DNA of 35,277 nucleotides. It comes from an uncultured Negativicutes bacterium. Its GTDB lineage: Bacteria > Bacillota > Negativicutes > JBAXTZ01. The notes under the pieces were generated by a model, which had not been told where the DNA came from, ran no database searches, and saw nothing but the letters and a program-made list of their open reading frames with translations. Shown here in pieces: positions 10,870 through 20,703 of this stretch (position 1 is the first letter of the stretch; each line of letters starts with the position of its first letter). The position numbers and the translations under genes are program-made. The stretch spans positions 1 through 35,277 of the forward strand of contig CAVRJL010000002.1 of the NCBI GenBank assembly GCA_963721525.1, written 5' to 3'.

Positions 10870-13062
10870 GTGTTTAAAAAAATAATTGATTATAGGGATA
10901 TTTTTGCGATTATATTTTTGTGTTGCTGTAGTTTCATTTTTCTAAATAATCTTTTTTTGCAATCACAGATATTTACAGCTCAGGATCTAGGTCGAGGGGA
11001 TATCACGCATTACACTTATCCAGACAGAAATTACTATGGACAAGAGATTAAGTCCTATAGAATTCCTTTGTGGACAAATTATATCTCAACAGGTTACCCA
11101 ATTTTTGCAGAAGGCCAACTAGGTGCATTTTTTCTACCCAATCTTATATCCTATTTTTTATTTCCAGCATATTTTGCTTTTAATTTAACCTATCTTATTG
11201 CCTTCATTACCGCTTCAATTGGTGTTTATTTTTATTGCCGTTATTTACACTTTAGTCTATTCTCTTCTCTTTTTGCCTCAATTGCCTATTCCTTCAGTTT
11301 TGTATTCATTGGACAAATTCTTCATATTACCGTGCTGCAGGCTATTTCTCTTTTCCCTTGGCTTATGCTACTTACTGACAAATATTTTTCTACAGGCAAA
11401 AGAGTATATTTACTTATTTTTGCGATTTTATTTGCCCAGCAATATTTAACCGGATTTATACAATGTGTGATTTATTCAATAATAGCAATCTATATAATGG
11501 TATTTTTCCGCTATTTTAGACAGGCTAACTTTATAAGAAATACAATGTTTTTATTTCTCGCATGTCTTCTGGCGCTTTGTATCTCAGCAATACAATTCAT
11601 ACCAAGTATTGAATTATACCTTAATTCAACTAGCAGCAATTCTGTTGTGGATAATTCAAAATATCTTTACTCTGTTAAAGATTTAATCTATTTTGTAGAT
11701 CCATTTTATTGGGGTGACCCTTCAAAAGCAACTTATGTACGTAATCCCGTTGATGGACTATTTTGGGAAAATAATATTTATTCAGGAATTCTTCCCTTTA
11801 TTTTCTTACTCATTGGGTTTTTATATTTTAAAAAACAAGAAAATCTAAAACCCTTTATCTATTTATTTTGTTTAACACTATTTTTCTCATTAGGCTGGTT
11901 TTTCTTCTTACAGTATTTTCCGCCATTTTCTATGTTTCGTCTTCCGCAACGTGCTCTTTTTATAACTTCTTTTGCCTATGCAATTATTGCCGGATTTGGA
12001 TTCGACTTAATTTATTATAAATTCAAAAAGAAGATATCCCAAAAATTTATAATTAGTATTATAGGTACTATTATTGTAGTTGCTGCTTTTTTGGATTTAT
12101 TCTTATATGGTTTTGGCTACAACGGTGGTATTGCAAAAAATGTGTGGCTTAAGACTCCTGACACCGCAAAATATTTAGAAAGCCAACATATTTCCGGACG
12201 GATTCTTTCACTTGGAGGAATAGACACTTGGTTTTATGTATACAATACTCTCTCACATGGTTGGAGAGGTCCTAAAGCAAGTAAACTCCTGGCAACCAGG
12301 GCTACTCTTAATTCCAATGCAAATATGCTTTATGGAATTTCCACAGTTGATAGTTATACTCTTTTTGAGACACCTAATTCTGTATTAATAAACCAAATTA
12401 TATTTTACGGAGATAAAGCAAACAGAAGTACTTATGATATAGGAACCAGCTCGGCAAAATTGTTGGGAATGGAGGCAGTTGAATATCTAGTTTCTACAAA
12501 AAATGTTACTTCCGATTCAAATGATTTTCAGCTTGTTTGGCAAAAATTTAATACAGACTCGCAAACTATGTATTCAATCTATAAAAACAAACAGTTTGTA
12601 GGGCGTATACATGCAGTTTCAGAAATCCGTGGTGAGCAATCAGTACAACAAATGGTAAATGATCTACTAAGTTCTAACTTCACGCCCCAAAATACAGCTT
12701 TAGTTTTAGCTATAAATCCGCCTCAGAAGTTTACTGATAAGGTTTCTATTACTCAGATAAAGGATGATAGCCCCAACATAAGTTTTCATACGAGTTCACT
12801 GGGGAATTCTTTTATTGTTATTGCAGATAGTGATTATCCTGGTTGGAGAGTATTCATCGACAATCAAGAAAGTTCTCTTTTGTCCGTAAATATCAACAGT
12901 AAAGGAATGATTATTCCACCTGGTAATCATAATATTGTCTTATTTTATGATCCAGATAGTTATAAATATGGTAAATTTATTTCCTTTATATCTTTACTAA
13001 TCGTAGTTGTATTATTATTATGGCCAAAAGTTAAAAAAATTATAAATCACACTAATCAATAA
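10870..13062 (+). CDS. YfhO-family polytopic membrane protein, second paralog
   Basis: 730 aa; QDLGRGDI, IPLWT..ISTGYP, QFIP, WENNIYSG, FRLPQR, DSDYPGWRVFIDN. Confidence 0.85.
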   Translation: MFKKIIDYRDIFAIIFLCCCSFIFLNNLFLQSQIFTAQDLGRGDITHYTYPDRNYYGQEIKSYRIPLWTNYISTGYPIFAEGQLGAFFLPNLISYFLFPAYFAFNLTYLIAFITASIGVYFYCRYLHFSLFSSLFASIAYSFSFVFIGQILHITVLQAISLFPWLMLLTDKYFSTGKRVYLLIFAILFAQQYLTGFIQCVIYSIIAIYIMVFFRYFRQANFIRNTMFLFLACLLALCISAIQFIPSIELYLNSTSSNSVVDNSKYLYSVKDLIYFVDPFYWGDPSKATYVRNPVDGLFWENNIYSGILPFIFLLIGFLYFKKQENLKPFIYLFCLTLFFSLGWFFFLQYFPPFSMFRLPQRALFITSFAYAIIAGFGFDLIYYKFKKKISQKFIISIIGTIIVVAAFLDLFLYGFGYNGGIAKNVWLKTPDTAKYLESQHISGRILSLGGIDTWFYVYNTLSHGWRGPKASKLLATRATLNSNANMLYGISTVDSYTLFETPNSVLINQIIFYGDKANRSTYDIGTSSAKLLGMEAVEYLVSTKNVTSDSNDFQLVWQKFNTDSQTMYSIYKNKQFVGRIHAVSEIRGEQSVQQMVNDLLSSNFTPQNTALVLAINPPQKFTDKVSITQIKDDSPNISFHTSSLGNSFIVIADSDYPGWRVFIDNQESSLLSVNINSKGMIIPPGNHNIVLFYDPDSYKYGKFISFISLLIVVVLLLWPKVKKIINHTNQ

Positions 13063-13188
13063 ATAGGAATTTCTGATGGGAATACATAAGATACTTTCGA
13101 GAATATCTAAATTAGTTCAGTGTATCAGGCTAAATGATAGTTTTGTATAGTCAAAAGGAATGTTGAAAATTATTTTTGATTAGCATTC

Positions 13189-13312
13189 TTATAAAGTTCT
13201 TCTACATTTTGTTTTACACCACAAATCGCACATTGTTTTGATATCTTAGGATATATATAATATCATAGAAGAGTTCATATGCATGCACAAAAAAGAAGCA
13301 GCGTTTTTATAA
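13189..13312 (+). repeat. About 125-bp direct repeat, copy B (decayed methyltransferase start, promoter, functional epimerase start)
   Basis: Alignment with 10635-10759. Confidence 0.9.
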
Positions 13313-14231
13313 CAGGGGCAAGCGGATTTATCGGAGCGAATCTCACAAGAAGTTTATTGAAAAATAACTATTCCGTCCATATACTCAATCGTACAAAGAA
13401 TCTTTCCTGGAGGCTAAAAGACATAGAAAATTTAATAACTGTTCATTCAGGAGATATAGTTAACTTCGATTCGGTAAAAGAAGCTTTAAAAGAGTCTAAA
13501 CCTGATAATATTATTCATCTTGCAACATATGGAGCGTATCATTTCCAAACAGAATTTGAAAAAATTGTACAAGTAAATATTGACGGTATAAAAAATCTTC
13601 TCGAAGCATCAAAAGATATTCAATATAAGACCTTTATCAACACAGGCAGTTCTTCTGAATATGGTTATAAAAATAAGGCGATGAAAGAAACTGATGCATG
13701 CAATCCAATAAGTTATTATGCGGCCACAAAGAATGCTGCAACACAGATATGCAAAGTATTTTCTAGATTAACAATAAACCGATTATTACTCTTAGGCTAT
13801 TTTCAGTTTATGGTCCATATGAAGCACCTACAAGACTAATACCAGCAATAATGAAAGCAGTAATTTTAAAAGAAAATATAAAACTTGCTCCAGGCAGCCA
13901 AAGAAGAGATTTTATTTATGTAGAGGACGTCTGTGAAGCATATCTTAAAGCATTAAAACTTGGGGCAAAACTAAAAGGGGAAATTTGTAACATTGGTACG
14001 GGAAGCGAATATACAAATGATGAGGTTGTCAAAAAACTATTTAGGGTAACAAAAAGGAAAACAACAATTGATAAAGGCTCCTATTCTAAAAGGCCCTGGG
14101 AGGCCTCTCACTGGAAAGCAAATATCCAACACGTTAAAAAATGCTTAGATTGGGAGCCAAGCCACACTATTGACAAGGGACTCGAATACACGTATTCTTG
14201 GTTTGAAGAAAACATGGGATTTTACCAATAA
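13279..14231 (+). CDS. NAD-dependent epimerase/dehydratase (extended SDR), frameshift near 13770
   Basis: ITGASGFIG, TGSSSEYG, YAATK (YxxxK); continues into RDFIYVEDV...NIGTG in 13851-14231. Confidence 0.9.
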
Positions 14232-14966
14232 ATGTTTATGCATAAATTTCTCTTAAGAACCCTCTCTCATGAACAAAAAAAATTAAGAAAAAGAATACTT
14301 GAGTTAAGCTTTGAATCAGATTTATCACATCTTGGATCATGTCTAAGTGCCATTGACTTGATAGATGCTGTATATAAAGTTAAAAAAAAAGATGAAGAAT
14401 TTATCCTTTCCAACGGACATGCAGGTATTGCATGGTATACTGTTTTGGAGAAATACGGATATTTTAAAAACTCTAATACAATTAAGAGTTTATATGTCCA
14501 TCCGGACAGAAATGTTAAATATGGCATTCACGTCTCAACAGGTAGTCTTGGACAAGGCCTACCAATCGCACTTGGCATGGCCCTTGCTGATAGGAAAAAA
14601 AATGTCTACTGTATGATTTCAGATGGTGAATGCACAGAGGGAAGTATTTGGGAAGCATTAAGAGTTGCGTCTGAGTATAAAGTATGTAATTTAAAAATTA
14701 TAGTTAATGCGAATGGCTGGTCTGCTTATGACAAAGTAGACTTAACCTCTCTTGTTAAAAGAATTAAAGGGTTTGGCTACATGATAGAAAAAGTAGATGG
14801 TCATGATAGTAAAAGTATTTTAAAAGTTTTAAAAAAACTAGCTCGTAAAACTCCAACATTGCTATTTGCTTATACAACTGTCGAGCAATTCCCATTCCTG
14901 AAAGGTCAGGATGCACACTATTATGTCATGAAACGAGAAGAATATGATCTTGCAATGAAAATTTAA
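14232..14966 (+). CDS. Transketolase-like TPP-binding (N-terminal) subunit
   Basis: SHLGSCLS, LSNGHA, STGSLGQG, SDGECTEGSIWEA...N, VDGHD. Confidence 0.9.
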   Translation: MFMHKFLLRTLSHEQKKLRKRILELSFESDLSHLGSCLSAIDLIDAVYKVKKKDEEFILSNGHAGIAWYTVLEKYGYFKNSNTIKSLYVHPDRNVKYGIHVSTGSLGQGLPIALGMALADRKKNVYCMISDGECTEGSIWEALRVASEYKVCNLKIIVNANGWSAYDKVDLTSLVKRIKGFGYMIEKVDGHDSKSILKVLKKLARKTPTLLFAYTTVEQFPFLKGQDAHYYVMKREEYDLAMKI

Positions 14967-15467
14967 ATGAATCAACCAAACATAACATCAATAAGATCTT
15001 ATTTTGCAGACTGTATTCATGAACAAATGGGGAAAAACGATAATATTTATATTGTAGTAAATGACTTGGGATACAAAATTTGGGATAAAATACGCAAGGA
15101 TTTTCCAAATCGTTTTATTAACGTCGGTGCTGCAGAGCAAACATTAATCGGAGTTGCAGTTGGACTAGCATTAGAAAATAAGGTTCCTATTGTTTACTCA
15201 ATTACATCATTTTTACTCTACCGTCCTTTTGAAACAATTAGAAATTATGTTAATTATGAAAAAATTCCAGTGAAATTAATCGGTGCGGGAAGAGACAGGG
15301 ATTATTTAGAGAATGGTATTTCACACTGGTCAGAGGAAGATAAAGAAATAATGGCAATATTTAAAAACATTAAATCCTTTTGGCCTGATGAGCGTAAATC
15401 AATTCCTAAATTAGTTGAAAAAATGATAGCTAGTAAAGAACCATGGTATATAAACCTCAGAAGATAA
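14967..15467 (+). CDS. Transketolase-like pyrimidine-binding subunit (short)
   Basis: DLG, RFINVGAAEQTLIGVAVGLA, RPFE.IR, GISHW. Confidence 0.9.
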   Translation: MNQPNITSIRSYFADCIHEQMGKNDNIYIVVNDLGYKIWDKIRKDFPNRFINVGAAEQTLIGVAVGLALENKVPIVYSITSFLLYRPFETIRNYVNYEKIPVKLIGAGRDRDYLENGISHWSEEDKEIMAIFKNIKSFWPDERKSIPKLVEKMIASKEPWYINLRR

Positions 15468-16404
15468 AACTTACAAAGAAAAAGATCTCTGCCATAATTG
15501 CTTGCTATAAAGATGTTCAGGCAATTCCTATCATGCACCAACGCCTCAGTAAAACTTTTAAGAAATTGGGATTGGTTATGAAATTATTTTTGTAAACGAC
15601 GATAGTCCTGATAATACTGAATCCGTTTTGAAAAAATTAGTAGACACTGATTCGCATGTTATTGCAGTAAACCTTTCAAGAAACTTTGGCTCACAAATGG
15701 CATTTACCAGCGGCATGGAAATTGCAACAGGAGACGGAATTGTTTTTCTTGATGGGGATTTGCAAGATCCTCCGGAAATGATTGAAAAATTTTATAAAAA
15801 GTGGATTGAGGGATTTGATGTAGTCTACGGTATAAGAAGCAAAAGGGAAGCCCCTATAGTTATGGCAATTGCTTATAAACTATTTTACAGACTTTTTCAT
15901 AAAGTGTCATATATAAAAATCCCACTTGATGCCGGTGATTTTTCTCTTATAGATAGAAAAGTAGTAGAAGTTCTTAAGCAATTCCCAGAAAGAGACAGGT
16001 TTTTGCGGGGTCTGAGAGCTTGGGCAGGTTTTAAACAAACAGGAATTCCTTATACTCGCCCCGAAAGAATGTTTGGAAAAACTACAAACAGTTTTTTAAA
16101 AAATTTTCAATGGGCGACAAAAGGTATTTTTTCTTTCTCATATGTTCCTCTTCAATTTATGACACTACTCTCTCTATTAGTCTTCCTAGTCGCATTATTG
16201 GGAATAATAGTACAAATTATACTTAAAATTTTGTTACCAAAAACTCCTGTAGGTGTAACAACAATTTTAGTCGTTGTACTTTTCATGGGGTCTATACAAT
16301 TACTCGGTATCAGTATATTGGGAGAATATATTGGAAAGATTTTTGAAGAAGTCAAACAAAGACCGAAATACATTGTTAAAAGTATATACAAAAAACGTAA
16401 TTAA
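15443..16404 (+). CDS. GT2 polyprenol-phosphate glycosyltransferase, GtrB/DPM-like (frameshift near 15570)
   Basis: ATG 15443 frame ...ISAIIACYKDVQAIPIMHQRL joins YEIIFVNDDSPD; SRNFG, DGDLQDPP, GDFSLIDR, two C-terminal TM helices, GEYIGKIFEEVKQRP. Confidence 0.9.
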
Positions 16405-16499
16405 ACAGAAGTCACAAAGATGGCATAATTGCAAATGAATATCTGTTATATTTCCCCAAATTTGTTTTAAGCTAAAAAGGATATATTCTTTACTGATTG

Positions 16500-18253
16500 T
16501 TATTTACCGACATGAAATTTAAGTGGTTGGTTATTCATAATAACCGGATAAATGTTAGTAATTTCTTGTACGCCATCTATATTGTACGTATATGCCTTCG
16601 AAATCTCATCTTTAGCATTACTGGTATTTCCAATTCTATAATCCAGTACCGCCAAATATAGCCATAACCTCTCATCCAGTGGATACTTTTTAAGCGCAGT
16701 GTTTTTGATAAACTCGATATTTTCTTTTGGATTACCATAATCTGTTCCTAATGCTGATAAATTATCATAAGTTGCTAAATTATCTCCGTATCTAATTGCT
16801 TTAAGGTAAGCTGATTTTGCACCTTTGTAGTCACCTAGATAGAGATCTGCATTTCCTAAATCTGTATAATTAAATACATAGGGGAAAAGTTTTATTGATC
16901 TTTCGGCGTGAAGTCTTGCATCCTCATATCTACCTTGAGCAAAATAGTTATTGCTTAGCTCATGTTCCAAAGCATAAGCCTCCCTAGATACTTTAATATC
17001 GTGACTGGCTAAAGTGAAATTATCCTTCCAATCAAAACTTCTAATAAATGTCCTTGTCGCTAATATAATTAAAATAATAATTGTCATAAAAAGAATCATT
17101 TTGTTTTTAAAATTTATTTTGAATACTTCTAAACTTAGTCCGATCATGCCAAGTAAACCTACTATTGGATAATAGAACCATCGATCTGCTACCGTTTGAT
17201 AAGGGTATGATTTGAAGGTGAAATATTATTCCGAGTAAAAACCAGACACTAAAAAAAATATAAACGGTAAAATATTTTCGAGGGGACTTTTTTATAAAGA
17301 AAGACGGCAAAAAGAGATATTGCTAACAAGAATAATAAGTCGATTAATAAGGGAAGGAAAAAATGGCTTAAATCAATTTGCGTATATACCCACTGATATG
17401 ATACTGCAAGGTCACGAGGGAAAAGAAACGTTTTTATATAGAACAAAAACATCTCGGGTATATTTATAGCTCTGATTAGCAAATTAAGTTTTTGAATTGG
17501 AGCATTTGCTGTTGATATAGCAGTTATACCGATTGCATATATTCTTGACTAGTTCAGTAGATACCAAGAACAAGTATTGAATATCCCAATGTTTGATAAA
17601 AACTTTTTCTTTTAAATAAAAATGAATATAACAGCGATATGAAAACAAAGAGTATGCCCGGTTTCTTTTGAGAGTAAGGAGAGTAAAAGGAGTAAACTTG
17701 CCACTATGAGAGCTTTCTGTGAATGATACTTTTTAAGTAGCAATAAAGCAATCATCCCGAATAGAAAAAAGAGTGTCTCTTGAGTATCAGATATATAAAA
17801 AGCAGATTCACTATTTATTGGATGAATCAGAAAGACTATTGATAATATAAATGCAATCGGTTTATTGAAGAAAGATTTAAAAAGAAGAAAAACAAGACAA
17901 GCATTTATTATAAATATCAGTAGCTCGAAGAGATGATAGGCGAAATAATTTGGGCCAAATAAGGAATAGGTAAGAGAATATGATGTCTCAAGTAACGGTT
18001 TATAATAAATTCCTCCAAGATTTAATCCTGGTCCTTTATAGAAAGTACTTCCGGAGAAAAATGCCGGGATATTATTAAAGGACTGAATAGTTAGATTGTA
18101 GATTATTTGTGGATAATCATCACCAACAAACCCATTGAATAGTCCGTTGAAAAATACAATAATTCCAATAATTGCAATAAAACTAAAGGCTTTTATTGTA
18201 GTAAGTGGCACAAATAAACTTTTTAAAGAAAAATAATTTTCTTGCTCAGGCAT
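16500..18253 (-). CDS. TMTC-like GT-C/TPR glycosyltransferase, paralog 3 (frameshifted)
   Basis: ORF pieces 17612-18253, 17249-17482, 17107-17310, 16500-17147; FVGDD, YYKP, HPINSES, SKETG, TPR tail. Confidence 0.85.
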
Positions 18254-18288
18254 GATTAAATACTAACAGTATAATGTTTCCCTTTCAA
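18254..18288 (-). promoter_or_regulatory. sigma70 promoter of paralog 3
   Basis: TTGAAA (18288-18283), 17 nt, TAGTAT (18265-18260), 6 nt, ATG. Confidence 0.75.
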
Positions 18289-18492
18289 GCAAGAAAGTAA
18301 GAATTAGGTATTAAAAGAATATTTAAGCTAAATCCATGAGACCTTTTACGTATTGCCCTAAATTGAGAAGCTGGCTTAAAGTGTTGATAGTTATTTCCAC
18401 TCAATAATACTTATATTGGAATTTGAGAAAAAGAAAGCATTTAGACAAAAATGCTTTAGAAAATATAATTAGAGAAAAAAAATTTTAAATTA

Positions 18493-20244
18493 TTAATTTC
18501 TATTATGTAGTTTTTCATATAACGAATTTATTGCTGGATTTGTAGGATTTAAATAATATGCGTGATTGATTGGACTTATTGCATTATTCAACTCATTTTT
18601 CTGATATTCTATTTCTCCTAAATATAGCCATAAATTTGAGTCCTGGGGAAACTTCTTTATTGCTATACCTGAGTAATATAAAGCAGTGTTAGTCTGATTA
18701 TTTTTCATTAAAACTACTACCAATCGTTCGTAGACAGAAGCTTGGTCAAAAAGGTTAATCATTTTCTCATAACACTTTATTCCTTTCTCTTTCAAGCCAG
18801 AGTCTTTATTTGTATTACCCAAGATAATAGTAATTGTACAATAATTACTATAGTTAATTACCGAATATGGATAGGCAGTGACTGATTTTTCTATCTCTTG
18901 CTGTGCACCTTGTAAGTCACCCCTTTGAAATAACTCATAACCAAGATTTCCTTCCATAAAATAATCATTGGGATTAAGTTTTAAATCATGTGTATAAAGT
19001 GTTATACCATCTCTCCAATCCGAGCTTCTTATAAAGGTTATCATACTTAATAATATAATTAATGTAATTGAAAACATAAACAAAACATTTTTTACATATA
19101 CTGTTTTTATCTTAATAGAGCTTATAACAGTTCCGATAATTCCTAATAGGCCAACAATTGGGAAATAGAACCATCGGTAAGCTATTGTCTGGTCCAGAGG
19201 AATTATTTGAAGATGTATAGATAACCCGATTATAAACCACAAGCAAAAAAATAAATAAATAAGTTTTTTGTCACTTTTTTTATACCAGATAAAAACTCCT
19301 AATGTCAGTATGCATATTATTGTAAATAAATCAATTATAACCGGAATATAAAAGTTACCGAAATTTGCAGTTTCTACAACTACGTTATTTGACATTGGTA
19401 AATTAAAAGGATAAAAAAATCCTAATATATAAGATGACATGATTAAAGGAACTGTTAATAACCTATGAAATAAATCCGCATACATAATAGGACTTGCTTT
19501 GGGACTATTTACATATATCCCAACTGCAGGGATTCTAAGTAAGGCATAAATTAATAATGCCGGTATAAAAGATGAAATCTGAATCAATTTTTGTTTTTTA
19601 ATAAAAATTAAAATAAAAGTGACAATTATCAGAAAATAAAGTATCCCTGATTCTTTTGACAATAGTGATAAAAGCAACAGTGCTGGAGCCAGATATCTAA
19701 CTAAGTAAGTCTTTGTTTTATACATTATAAGTAGTAAGGATGAGATTCCGAATATGAAAAATAAACTTTCCTGAAGATTGGCAATATATAAAACAGTCTC
19801 TGAATTTATAGGGTGGACTAAAAATATGAGTGATAAAAAGAATGCTAGTTTTTTGTTAAAAAAATATTTAAATAAATAAAAAACGAATATACTATTTATA
19901 ATCTGTATCAATAATTGAGCCCCATGGAAAAAAAATGGGTTGAGACCAAATATTGAAGAAATCAATGCAAATAATGTTAGCGTTACAGGTTTATAATAAA
20001 TACCTGATAGATTACCCTGTTGAGAAGAATAGTATTGACCGCCTTGAAAAAATGAAAAGATATTAGAAATGGATTGAACTTTGGGATTATAAACTATAAG
20101 CGGTAGGTCGTCGGCAACAAAATTATTAAAAAGTCCTGTGCCAAAAATCAGTAGTCCAATAATAATGATAATGTAGGTTGCTTTTTTTATAGTAAGAGGC
20201 ACAAATAAACTTTTTAGGGAAAAATAATGTTCTTGTTCAGGCAT
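18493..20244 (-). CDS. TMTC-like GT-C/TPR glycosyltransferase, paralog 4 (intact, 583 aa)
   Basis: FVADD, YYKP, HPINSETV, SKESG, RWFYFP; about 11 TM segments then TPR-like repeats. Confidence 0.88.
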   Translation of the reverse strand: MPEQEHYFSLKSLFVPLTIKKATYIIIIIGLLIFGTGLFNNFVADDLPLIVYNPKVQSISNIFSFFQGGQYYSSQQGNLSGIYYKPVTLTLFALISSIFGLNPFFFHGAQLLIQIINSIFVFYLFKYFFNKKLAFFLSLIFLVHPINSETVLYIANLQESLFFIFGISSLLLIMYKTKTYLVRYLAPALLLLSLLSKESGILYFLIIVTFILIFIKKQKLIQISSFIPALLIYALLRIPAVGIYVNSPKASPIMYADLFHRLLTVPLIMSSYILGFFYPFNLPMSNNVVVETANFGNFYIPVIIDLFTIICILTLGVFIWYKKSDKKLIYLFFCLWFIIGLSIHLQIIPLDQTIAYRWFYFPIVGLLGIIGTVISSIKIKTVYVKNVLFMFSITLIILLSMITFIRSSDWRDGITLYTHDLKLNPNDYFMEGNLGYELFQRGDLQGAQQEIEKSVTAYPYSVINYSNYCTITIILGNTNKDSGLKEKGIKCYEKMINLFDQASVYERLVVVLMKNNQTNTALYYSGIAIKKFPQDSNLWLYLGEIEYQKNELNNAISPINHAYYLNPTNPAINSLYEKLHNRN

Positions 20245-20315
20245 TCTTAAATACTAACAGTACAATGTTTCCCTTTCAAGCTTCAGATTAATAATTAGGT
20301 ACTAAAAAAGACTTA
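20245..20315 (-). promoter_or_regulatory. Promoter and conserved upstream block of paralog 4
   Basis: TTGAAA (20279-20274), 17 nt, TAGTAT (20256-20251), 6 nt, ATG; 20246-20315 matches 32901-32970 inverted at 67/70. Confidence 0.8.
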
Positions 20316-20326
20316 GAACTGAATCC

Positions 20327-20375
20327 ATGTCCCAAACAAAGAAAAGGTTTACGTAGTGATGTCCAGAATAAAGAA
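20327..20375 (-). repeat. TGTTTGGGAYAT-family site (core 20327-20338) plus degenerate partner
   Basis: + strand atgtcccaaacaaaga...cgtagtgatgtccagaata resembles the pair at 23312-23385. Confidence 0.7.
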
Positions 20376-20508
20376 ATAATATATGTAGATAAAGACTTAA
20401 GAAGGGAAGGTCAATATGTTAGTGGGAGTATAGAGATTTTTTTCTTATAATTATATAATATATATAGGAGAAGGATTTTTAGAAAAATTAGCTTCAAGAT
20501 TGTAATAT

Positions 20509-20534
20509 ATCTGCGTGTACGCGTACACGCAGAT
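20509..20534. repeat. Perfect 26-bp palindrome
   Basis: ATCTGCGTGTACG|CGTACACGCAGAT. Confidence 0.95.
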
Positions 20535-20703
20535 TATTAGTTTCTTTTAAACCTCGGAAACATATTTTTTTGGACAAAAATTATAGTAGCTGTAATAGTA
20601 TAAGATCGATTGGATCACTATCACTGTTTAGAAATTGGGCAATTTACCAAAAAAGATGTCTATTTTGTCTGATTTAGATTTTATACTTTTGTATAATTAT
20701 TTA

